Assembly: GCA_020184695.1 (NCBI GenBank)
Contig: JAANOX010000258.1
Location: forward strand, 372,001 to 436,000
DNA from: Histomonas meleagridis 2922-C6/04-290x
Taxonomy: Eukaryota; Protista; Parabasalia
Length of the DNA: 64,000 bases
Direction: 5' to 3'
Shown: positions 9,711 through 19,800 of the stretch, piece after piece
Layout of the letters: the number at the start of each line of letters is the position of its first letter
Numbering within the stretch: the first letter of the stretch is position 1
Program-made: the position numbers and the translations under genes
Notes under the pieces: generated by a model
The model's input: only the letters and a program-made list of their open reading frames with translations
The model's database searches: none
What the model was told of the DNA's origin: nothing

Positions 9711-12584
9711 ATGAAGTTTCTTCACCAAACCATAATTAGATCGCAAAAAGTTCATACAAGTGTTGTATTACCAGCAAGTGGAGGTGGTTTTAGTGAAGTT
9801 CTTCTATTTTTCCGAAATTATTCACAATTATTCCAAGTTCAAAATGATAACCCAGAAAATTTAAAATTATATTCAATAGCAAAATTTCCAATCTCTCTTC
9901 CAATTAGGTGGTGTTTTTCTGTAGATGATAAATTAATTGCAATTACTTCAGAATGTCATTTACTTGTTCTCCAAGCAACGCCTCCATTCAAAAGCGAAAG
10001 AACTGGATTACTTTGGCCAGGTCTTGCTCCATCTTCAATTCCAATTTCACATTGTGTTATGAGCTTAAACAAGCAATATTTGATTTGTTCTGGTTTTACC
10101 AAAAATCTTATTGTAGTTCAATTCAATTCAGACTTTCTTCCTACAGTAACATCTATTAATTTAACAGACATACTTGTTCTTTCTGTTTCACCAACAGAAA
10201 CATCAAATATATTTGCATTTCTTGTTAGTCTTCCAGATCATAGTAAATCTCTTCTTTACTTTGATGTTATTTCTCAATCCGAGATAAACCGCAAGCCAGT
10301 ACCAATAGAATCCAACAAAATTATCATGATAAGTAATTCACTATTTATTATTTCAGACACAAAAATTTATTTCGAAGACAACAAAGAAATTCCATTAGAA
10401 TGCCCAATTTCTCTTATCACTCCTCATCCATCAAACGAATATGCATTTATTCAATTAGTCAATGGTAAACTTTGTAGGTTTTATCCTCATAATAGTAATT
10501 TAATTGAGGAAGGAAGTAGGCCTCTTATATCATCTGTTCATTTTCTTCCTCGCGGACTTATTTTTTGTGTACCTGAAGTTGGTGATTGTTTTGTTTTTTC
10601 AGAAACTTCAGAAACTTCATTTCCCCTTTTCTCTCATGTCACAAATGCCATTTTTGATAATAATGATTTAATCTTAGCGTGTGGAACTAATGATTTATCT
10701 CGTTTGATAAGGGTTACAAACTCGTTACCATATTCTGTCGAAAATTTTGACGGCATTGAAAATTTTGAGAACAATTCAATGCTTTTTGCGGTTACCGATA
10801 AAGCTCTAATTGTATCAAATGGAAATGGTTCATTTGTTCTATTTAATGATAATGATATGAATTTATCTGAAAGTCCGACTGTTTTTGCTAATGATGTTAT
10901 TCAAGTTCATCGACGAGGTATTAAGAAACTTAATTCAACAGAAGTATTTAAGATTGATGATGATATCATATCAGCGGATGCTAATGATGAATGCATTGCA
11001 ATAATCACTAAGGGCATGCATGTAATTCTTCTTAATTATGACTTTGTAGTAATAACTGATCGGGAAATTATGAATGCATATAAACTTAAACTTTGTAGTG
11101 ATCTTGTAGCAATTGCGACAAAGAATACTAATGGCGGCAATTCAGCCTTATCATTATATGCTTTTGATTTAATACCGCCTGATATTGAAGTCCAATTAAC
11201 ATCAACGATTAATGAGTTAGTGTTTTTACCAAACACAAATGAACTTTATGCGTCATTACAAAATTGTTATGTCTTAAAATGGAATATTTCAGAGCCAAAT
11301 TATCCAAACACGCGCGTTATAGTTTATTCAAATAATAGTCCATCACTTATTACATCTATAGGTGATAATTTATTAATTTCTTCTGATAAAACATTTATTA
11401 TTGATCGAAATTCTATTTTACAAATAAACATACCAAAAATAAATGCAATTACAGTTAATTCAGATCATTCATTTTATCTCATTGATGAAACTAATCATTT
11501 AAAGTTAATAACATTAGAAAGAATTGACATTGATTTGGTAATAAATTCGATGCCATTACCAACAACGCCACGAAAAGTCATCAAATCGAATAATGAAATA
11601 TATACATTATGTAGATCACATATCAACAATAACTTTATATCATTTATTCGTAATAACAAAATCGAAGGAAATTTAGGGATTTTATCCGCGCAAATTATAC
11701 ATCCGAATGAAATCATTGCAGGTTTCATTCGAAATGATAATTTGGGCGTTTTGATGTTGTTGGATGAAGCACTTCATTGTGTACAATCTATCGAACTTCC
11801 TCAACTTCCATTTTCTTTAGCTCGTTATAACGATTATATTTTAGTGGGCGTAGGTAAGCGCTTACATATCCTAAAGCATACCGATGGGAAATGGTGTGCA
11901 GGTAAGGACTCGTTAGCTTCTTTCCACACTCAAATCGCTTTCATTGAAATTTGGGGAAAGTACTTTTTGATAGGAGACCGTTTACAATCGGTTTTTTGCT
12001 TTGAGCCAAAAATAAAAGATGGAATGATTGTGAGACTTGCTTTAATAGCAATTGATTGTGAGCAACGACAATTAACTTCGTTGGCAATATATAATGAGGA
12101 AATAATTGTGGTTGGGGATAAATTTGGAATGATTACATTCTTAAAATTACCTGACGATGTAATCGCTGGTACACCTTGGAATATGTCACAACCACTCGAA
12201 AGAGGTGTGTTCATGCCTACAACGTCATTAATGATAAAATTAGCTTCGTTTAACGTTAATGAAGCAGTGACATCAATCTTGAAACCTTCGCCATTAAGTC
12301 CATCTGTTTATTACGTGACTTTAATGGGCGAAGTTGGGTGTTTAACTGCTATTGAACAAGATGAGGATTTTGCAATTGTTGCAGATGCTGAAATTGCAGC
12401 AGAAAAAATTTTGGAAGCGCAGGAAAGAATGATGGTGCACCCCAAAATTAAACACGGAAAAATATGTACAGCAAGTATCGATGTGTTTGAAATGATCGAA
12501 GAAGATGAAATGAACATGTTACAGATACCGATAGAGAAGTTGAGAAGTATACTGTTTAAGATAAAGGCATTAGCAAAGTTTTAA
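9711..12584 (+). CDS. SF3B3: Divergent splicing factor SF3B3/Rse1-like (DDB1/CPSF160 beta-propeller family)
   Basis: 957 aa. LPTTPRKV, IGDRLQSVF and IVVGDKFGMITFLKLP match the SF3B3 C-terminal propeller. Confidence 0.7.
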   Translation: MKFLHQTIIRSQKVHTSVVLPASGGGFSEVLLFFRNYSQLFQVQNDNPENLKLYSIAKFPISLPIRWCFSVDDKLIAITSECHLLVLQATPPFKSERTGLLWPGLAPSSIPISHCVMSLNKQYLICSGFTKNLIVVQFNSDFLPTVTSINLTDILVLSVSPTETSNIFAFLVSLPDHSKSLLYFDVISQSEINRKPVPIESNKIIMISNSLFIISDTKIYFEDNKEIPLECPISLITPHPSNEYAFIQLVNGKLCRFYPHNSNLIEEGSRPLISSVHFLPRGLIFCVPEVGDCFVFSETSETSFPLFSHVTNAIFDNNDLILACGTNDLSRLIRVTNSLPYSVENFDGIENFENNSMLFAVTDKALIVSNGNGSFVLFNDNDMNLSESPTVFANDVIQVHRRGIKKLNSTEVFKIDDDIISADANDECIAIITKGMHVILLNYDFVVITDREIMNAYKLKLCSDLVAIATKNTNGGNSALSLYAFDLIPPDIEVQLTSTINELVFLPNTNELYASLQNCYVLKWNISEPNYPNTRVIVYSNNSPSLITSIGDNLLISSDKTFIIDRNSILQINIPKINAITVNSDHSFYLIDETNHLKLITLERIDIDLVINSMPLPTTPRKVIKSNNEIYTLCRSHINNNFISFIRNNKIEGNLGILSAQIIHPNEIIAGFIRNDNLGVLMLLDEALHCVQSIELPQLPFSLARYNDYILVGVGKRLHILKHTDGKWCAGKDSLASFHTQIAFIEIWGKYFLIGDRLQSVFCFEPKIKDGMIVRLALIAIDCEQRQLTSLAIYNEEIIVVGDKFGMITFLKLPDDVIAGTPWNMSQPLERGVFMPTTSLMIKLASFNVNEAVTSILKPSPLSPSVYYVTLMGEVGCLTAIEQDEDFAIVADAEIAAEKILEAQERMMVHPKIKHGKICTASIDVFEMIEEDEMNMLQIPIEKLRSILFKIKALAKF

Positions 12585-13120
12585 TAAAGAATAAAATATT
12601 CTAACATAATCACATCAAAAGTTAAACTGAAAGTTGTCTTTTTAATAAAAAAATGAATATATTTGTCAAAAGCGCAAGTAATGAGAGAAGTTGTAAAAAG
12701 CATTTATATGATTTGGAGACAACTTTGAGATATTATGCCAATATTTTCCTATTACAATTAATTTTGATTAAGGGATGCATATGGAGATTATGAACAGTTT
12801 ACTTATTAACTGAAGTAAGCTAAAAAATAATTTTTTATAAATTACTGTTTGAACATGATCTTCAAGGAATAAAACATGCATTATTTCATCATATAGTTTT
12901 TTTGTTATTACATATACATAAATATGATTAAACAAATTTTAATAAATTTGAAATTCATACATAAAATTTTTATAATCATCTTAATATTACTCATTTGTTT
13001 TGATTTTTAATCCCATCCAGACATGAAGGTAATTCATAACATATTTGTATTTACGTATAAATATCAATAAAATATATTAACACAAATATAAATGTTTATT
13101 GATTACTATATGCAATTACA

Positions 13121-14842
13121 TTATTCCATTTTCAAAGAATTATAAATACTCTTTACGAAGAAGAAAGCACCACTGAAAGAGAATGCTCCGCAAAGTAATG
13201 ACAACATACAACTAAAAATTGCATTTGTTCCAAAGTATATAAAGAATGCATCTCCATCCTTTGGAACATAATTTGTAATACCATATAAAATCGAATATAT
13301 CATAAAACATAATCCAACAGAAGAGCCACAAACAAATGATGGCCACCACCATCGATAGTCCTCTTTAGAGATCAAAAAGAACGTAACAATTATGCCAAGA
13401 TCGGCCGATTGCAAAACACAAAGTATTAATCCGAGAAAAACACATGTTCCACTTATCGAAATACCATTATAACTCCACACTAATTGGAAAAAGATGGTGA
13501 TGTAAATATATATTAATGAAAATACAAAAATAGGTCCAATAATCATTAGAAGATTTCGAACAATTTCAGTATTATATGGTGGAATTTGACGTGGAAGTTG
13601 ATTCACTTTCTGCTTAAGTTCAAAAGGTTTGGATTTAAGGCCAACTAATGAACCTGCAAAGTATAATACAGAATCAAGTACAAAATATAAAATAACCGTC
13701 GAAACCGAAAACGATACGGAAGAAAGTTTTTTCATTCGAAGAGAAAAGACAAATAAGATAATTGCAGCAATAGCAATAGGGATGAATGAGGAGCTAAACA
13801 TAGCTGATTTCCACTTACTAGTTCCAATTGTCTTAAACATCTTCATTGATAGAAATCCTCCAAAGAAGGCCGAAATAATCATGGAATTCACAAAAGCTGT
13901 TAAAATGGAGGCAAGCTGTGTGGTTGCAACCTTCATTAGAACTTGTATAATGGTTAACATTATTGATAAAAATATTTGTATTCCCCAACCAAAGAACATT
14001 GTAAGGCGTGATGGTCGATTCGGAGAACGAAACACATCGCCATGAATAAGTTTCCACTCATATCCTTCATACTCATCATATTCAATATCAATTTCAGAAT
14101 TATCACTATATGATACCCAGGAAATTATTATAACTGGAATAAAAAAGGAAATAATGACGGACAGAAGTGTCAGCAAGAACATTCGGGGTGAAATTCTTTG
14201 ATGTGTAAATCTTTGATTTCTAATAATATCTGTTGTTTGAATGGCATCATCAAATGTAATTGAAAATCTGTATTTGATTTCTTGATCATCTTCAAGGGCA
14301 ACTGGTGTATTAGAATTTATTGTTGGCTTTGCAGAAATAACGTCAAAACCATTGATTGTTGTTTCACCAGTTAATGAAGACAAATGTATGAGAAAAGCAA
14401 GGTCAGAGTTAACGTAGTGCTTTTTGTCTTGAATATATCCAATGCTAATTCCTGGAATCAATTGATTTTGAGTTGATTTTGATGAACAAGAAATGTTATC
14501 AAAAATAAAATTAAAGTAATACTCATCATCAATCAATTTTGTTAAATAAGCTTTTTGATTTTCATCATATTTTTTAGTGCAAATTAAGGTATATGGTTTC
14601 TTCTCACCTAAAATAAATTTATATGGAGTTGTTTGAATTTTCTCACCAGTAATAACCTCCCCAATTGTTTTCTTTGTTGCTTGAATTTCTTGTGGCATAC
14701 AAAAAACATCATTATAGGAATAATCATAAGGAATTGGTCGATGATAACTTCTTAATGAACCAACACTTATTGTTTGCTCCAAACCAATAGCATAATTCTG
14801 TTGTAAAATTTCGAACGAATTAATGAAAAAAATTAAAAACAT
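13121..14842 (-). CDS. Transmembrane 9 superfamily (EMP70/TM9SF) protein
   Basis: Signal peptide, PYDYSY..FCxP, WKLIHGDVFRSP, nine hydrophobic segments, EDYRWWWPSF and a C-terminal KME (KxD/E) motif. Confidence 0.92.
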   Translation of the reverse strand: MFLIFFINSFEILQQNYAIGLEQTISVGSLRSYHRPIPYDYSYNDVFCMPQEIQATKKTIGEVITGEKIQTTPYKFILGEKKPYTLICTKKYDENQKAYLTKLIDDEYYFNFIFDNISCSSKSTQNQLIPGISIGYIQDKKHYVNSDLAFLIHLSSLTGETTINGFDVISAKPTINSNTPVALEDDQEIKYRFSITFDDAIQTTDIIRNQRFTHQRISPRMFLLTLLSVIISFFIPVIIISWVSYSDNSEIDIEYDEYEGYEWKLIHGDVFRSPNRPSRLTMFFGWGIQIFLSIMLTIIQVLMKVATTQLASILTAFVNSMIISAFFGGFLSMKMFKTIGTSKWKSAMFSSSFIPIAIAAIILFVFSLRMKKLSSVSFSVSTVILYFVLDSVLYFAGSLVGLKSKPFELKQKVNQLPRQIPPYNTEIVRNLLMIIGPIFVFSLIYIYITIFFQLVWSYNGISISGTCVFLGLILCVLQSADLGIIVTFFLISKEDYRWWWPSFVCGSSVGLCFMIYSILYGITNYVPKDGDAFFIYFGTNAIFSCMLSLLCGAFSFSGAFFFVKSIYNSLKME

Positions 14843-14988
14843 CTTAGTTGGTGATTTCCTTTTTTTAACAAACTTTGTTTGGTTTCGTTGTGGCGAAATT
14901 CAAAAAAATAACCAATTTACTCTCAATTTCAGCTGTTATTTAATTTTTATATTGAATAAGAAAAACTGTACGTTAAGGGAATAATTAG

Positions 14989-15873
14989 ATGTCGAAAATA
15001 TGCGAAAAGGTCAATGAACTCTTGGAAACACTTGCAAATGAAATGAAAACTTTTGATTTGTCACAAAAATTGAACTTCGAATGGCTTCAAACAATTAATG
15101 CTCAACTTGATAATTTCTGTCCACCAAAATCATCAGATAAAGAATATGAACCTAGTACCCTTAAACAGGACACGGATCAGGACAATAAACAAAGGAGGTC
15201 ATCTCTCGGAGGAATTAATGAAAATCAAAAAAGAAGATCATCTTCTCAAAATAGTATTCGGAAAAGCTTATCTAATCCATCACTCAGATCTAACCTCGAC
15301 TCTGATGGTGATAATTTCAAATTTGTAGATGATTGTTGTTTACTTGAAACTTATTCATGTTATGGAAGTAATACAGAAGAAACCGAAACAGAAGAAAGCA
15401 AACTTACCTTGGATCCCAGTGATCAGATGAGTGAACTCTCGAAGTCAGCAAGCTCCTTTAGAGAAAAATGGCAAGAAATGCTCCAAAATAAGAAAGATTC
15501 AGACAAAATACCAGAACCTGCTGGACCTATATTTGCGTTTGAAAGAGAAGAACCTATTCCAGAGTCGTACCAAATGTCAGATGACGATGATGAACCACAA
15601 GATGACGACGAAATATATGAAGATAACCCAATCGAAATTCATGGAAAAATGATTCCTCGATGGGCACGCGGAAAACACTTAAGACACTTACTCAAGTTGC
15701 AACAGAAGATTAATCCAGACACAATTTTCCAAGGATTCACAGCTGACTGTTCATTACAGGAAATATTTAACGAGCAAAAACCGAGATGGGAACAACGTAA
15801 TGACAGCGGGTGGTGGGAGTATGACCAAGGAATAGAGCCAGGAGATTCTCGGATTGTTGAAAAAGTGATTTAA
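14989..15873 (+). CDS. INCENP: Short INCENP-like protein (C-terminal IN-box, Aurora B binding)
   Basis: IPRWARGKHLRHLLKLQQKINPDTIF...LQEIF...RWEQRNDSGWW matches the IN-box 'IPxWA...PxxIF...LxxIF...RxSSAxW'. Confidence 0.75.
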   Translation: MSKICEKVNELLETLANEMKTFDLSQKLNFEWLQTINAQLDNFCPPKSSDKEYEPSTLKQDTDQDNKQRRSSLGGINENQKRRSSSQNSIRKSLSNPSLRSNLDSDGDNFKFVDDCCLLETYSCYGSNTEETETEESKLTLDPSDQMSELSKSASSFREKWQEMLQNKKDSDKIPEPAGPIFAFEREEPIPESYQMSDDDDEPQDDDEIYEDNPIEIHGKMIPRWARGKHLRHLLKLQQKINPDTIFQGFTADCSLQEIFNEQKPRWEQRNDSGWWEYDQGIEPGDSRIVEKVI

Positions 15874-15907
15874 TGAATAAAGAAACGCATTTCATATTTC
15901 ATATCAA

Positions 15908-16246
15908 ATGTCTTTAAAAGTGGCAAAAATCATGGCAATTCAATGGGAAGATGTTCCAGATTCTGAAGTTCGAGCAGAGGTTGAAGCTGTTCTTGAAAGC
16001 CAAGGAGAAACAAAAAGAATAAGGACATATTTAAACCAATCTCCAGAAGTTCAAGAATGGAAAGAACAAATTAATCAAATGTGTAGTCAGTTAATCACAG
16101 AAATTGGAATTGAAAATGTAACGCCAGACATTCTTTATCAAAAAATTTCTTCTAAAGTACGTGATACATTTCCAGAAAATATAGCAAATGAAGTTAAATC
16201 AAAATTATCCAATTTCCTTAAAACCCAATTCGAAGATAATATATAA
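15908..16246 (+). CDS. ENY2: Transcription/mRNA export factor ENY2/Sus1
   Basis: LESQGETKRIRTYL...EWKEQINQMC..LI.EIGIENVTPDILY..I....R..FPENI..EVKSKLSNFL aligns by eye with ENY2. Inr-like TCATATTTCATA at 15892-15903. Confidence 0.8.
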   Translation: MSLKVAKIMAIQWEDVPDSEVRAEVEAVLESQGETKRIRTYLNQSPEVQEWKEQINQMCSQLITEIGIENVTPDILYQKISSKVRDTFPENIANEVKSKLSNFLKTQFEDNI

Positions 16247-16886
16247 CTAATACGCCCAGTTTATAGATATTTTTCAATAAAAAATTATTATATGTATGAA
16301 ATAAAAATTATGTTTTTAATTATATGTTATTTTATTAAAACACATTTCTAATGAGTTAGCGATGTTAAGTGATAGTAACATTTTTGAACTATTCGAAGAT
16401 CATCAATTTGACAAAATTCAAGATTCAACTAATTATATACTACAAAATTCATTTTCAATTTTTTTTGTATTACTTGTGAATTCTTAAACCATTTATCTTA
16501 AGTTTATCAAGTGAATTTAAGGAGTTTTAAATCAAAACTCAAAAAATCATTATATCTTGATCTAAATTTGTCAACATCTAGAAAAAAAAATACATCTCGA
16601 GCAATGATTCAATAATCTATCATTAAATAATAAATCATTTATTAATAAGGAAAAGATAATTTATTATCCTATAATAATCATTCATTCAATGACCTTACTT
16701 TTTTTACATCATGTTATAATTTTTGATTTATTGTAACAACTTCTTGTAATGAAATGAAATTTTGTTTGACTTGATAACAATTAAATAGCTCACAATGCAG
16801 GAGCAGTCGATACTCCTTTACCAATACTCCAAATATTAATTTATTTTATTTTATTTATTGAAACTCAACATATTTTATAGATTAAT

Positions 16887-19800
16887 TTATTTTGACAACA
16901 TTTCTTCCGCAGCTTTTAGTATCTTTTTCACGTGTTCGTTTTCCTTTATGAACTGTCTTTCCCATATATTTATCTCCTTATCGACCAGAATGCCGCACAA
17001 CAACATTTCCAGTCCCCACGGATGGGGCAATGACGTTGCTATTCTTTCCATTACAGTCAACAATATCATTTCGTCCAAACAAATTTTATCTTTTGTTTTA
17101 TAGTTAAACAAATTCATTAAAGTCTTCATGAAGAACAATGTAATTAATGAAGGAAAACGTAACTGATCGATGAGCACATTAATTAAAACTATTAATGAAT
17201 CATAACTTAATTCATCGATCAAACTTGTGATCATGAAATATAAATGTATTGATGAATAAGTTTCGATTGGTTCATTAATAATTTTCTCAGCTTTAACGCC
17301 ATTTAATAATGCATTCGTTATAAAGATAATAAACGCAGAAATTGATCCGTTCGAACTTTGTTTATTAAGTTTAGATGCAATTTCTTTAAACGTAGAAGAA
17401 TTAACATTAGAAAACTTTAACTCTTTCGTTAATTGTTTTAATGGTTGAATTAATGGATTAAAATCTTTGATTCCTTCGATGTTTAAAAGATTTGGTATTA
17501 AACTTATTGAAGGTTTTGGTATATTTTTATTTAATGGATTTGTACTTAATAATAAGTTATGTAATTGAGTGAAATTAAATGGTATAAATGTAATAATTTC
17601 TGGTGTGATATATATTATAAATGTAGGGAAATCATGAATTAGAATTAAAAGAAATCGTAAAAATGATTTATAAATGAAATCAAAGACATTTAAGAAATTA
17701 GAATCACTTGTGAATACTAATGATGAAATATAATCACAAATTAATAATTTCATTAAATTCCAATTAATCTTTTCATTAATTAATAAATAAATAAAATGTT
17801 TCTCTGTGATAAGTTGTATCCATGAAAATGTAAATGTAGGCATTATTAATGGTCGAATTTTATGTAATAAATTTCCATATTTTATTAATAATTCATTATC
17901 ATTAATACAATGATTTGATATATTGATTAAAATGGAATAATATTTCCGCATATCAAACTTAATAACTAATGAATTACCTTCAATTAATTTAATGATAGTT
18001 TGTTCAATATTATCCCAATAATTATGAAACAAATTATAATGTTTTAAATATTGTAAAAAGACATTAACAGTAATTAAATCTTCCGAAAAAAATATACTAA
18101 TAAATGTATCAATACCATAACTTAATAACTTATTAAAGTTTTGTTGTATTATTTCATCATTAGAATTATTATTAATTAAAAGTTTCCAATTCTTAATGTT
18201 ATTAATAATTTCTTCTTTAATATCATCAATCGGATCAAATGTAGACATAGTTTGAAGTTTAGATTCAGGACTTAATACTGTTAATGGGATATCCATTTCT
18301 GAATGTACTATAATTAATTCATTCATTAATGTTTGTCTTTGTGTTGTATTTGGTTCTAATAAATTCGGTGGTGTTGTAACTACAAATGTTAAAGTCGAAA
18401 TCATTTCACTGGGTAAAATACTTTTATCTTTACATATAGCTGTGTTTAAGAATTTTATTGCAAATCCAAATAATCGATAATTAAATGGATTCTTATTTAA
18501 ACTTTCAAAAAATAATTTATCAAGTTGTAACGTAGTAATTAATGAATTCTTGATAAGTTCAATTAATAATTCAACTGATGGTATATTATTATGTAACCAA
18601 TTAATTACATGACTTTGTGCACGTGTAGGAAATGTTGAAGGGAACATTCGTAATATATATTTTAATAATTCTGAATATATTTCATTGTTTAATACATGTG
18701 TAACTTTAGACATATATTTTATGGTTGATTTTAATATTGATAAAAAATCTTCAAATGTATTACCAATATTAGGACAAGTTTGTAATAACATATTAGTGCC
18801 TGAATATTCTTGATAACTTTCTTTTAAGTTTTCTTGTTGAATTTCATTAGCAATTATTTTCGATAAATTCCGTAAATATCGTTCGAAATCTTCATTAGTT
18901 TTTATTGATTTATCTGAATATATTTCAGAATGTGTAATTTGTGTTGGTGATAAAAGTATTTCATTTAATTCTTGAAATATATTTTGATGTTCAATGGAAT
19001 AACCTTGTTCTGTAGGTGATAATATTTGTGGTAATAATATTTGTGAATGTTGTTTTAATAATTCATGATAATGTGAATTTAAAGTTTTCTTTTCTTCATA
19101 ATCATCAATTTTTTGTTGAACTATTTTTTGTGCTATTAATGATATTATATCTTGTAAGAATTGGATTATCCAATTATTATTTAACATTAATGTTTGATTA
19201 ATCCATTCTATATCAGATTGTGTAAATTCTTTTATGATATTACTTAATAAATGTCGATTTAATCGTTGTGATACTGTAGATAATAATAAACCTGACGCTA
19301 ATTGTTTAGATAATATTGAAGCTGATTCTTGCATTAATTTAATGTTATTACTATAAACAAAATCATTTGTAATTAATTCAAATGTTGTTGACGCTGCAAC
19401 TTTAGCATTATTAGAAATATCATTTTTACAAAATAAATAAATTGCTTTAGCTAATAAATTCCGTAATTTATCTTTTAATTCATTTTGTGATTCTTTTAAG
19501 GGCTTTGAAATTATAATATTTTGTGTTGAATATGTTAATATCGTAGTTTCATCTAATTGTATAAATCGATTAAAATCTGTTGATGAAACAGAATAATTTA
19601 ATGGACAAGGTTTAACTATAAAATCATTATTATTATCTTTAACATAAGGTATTAATTCGACTGTAATTAATTGATTAGGATTAATTTTAAAATATGTGAA
19701 AATTGTTGTGATTTGATTCTTAATATAAATCTTTAATAATGATACTGAATGAATAGATGCTAAAATTTGTAATATACTTGAAATATATGGATTAGGTGGA

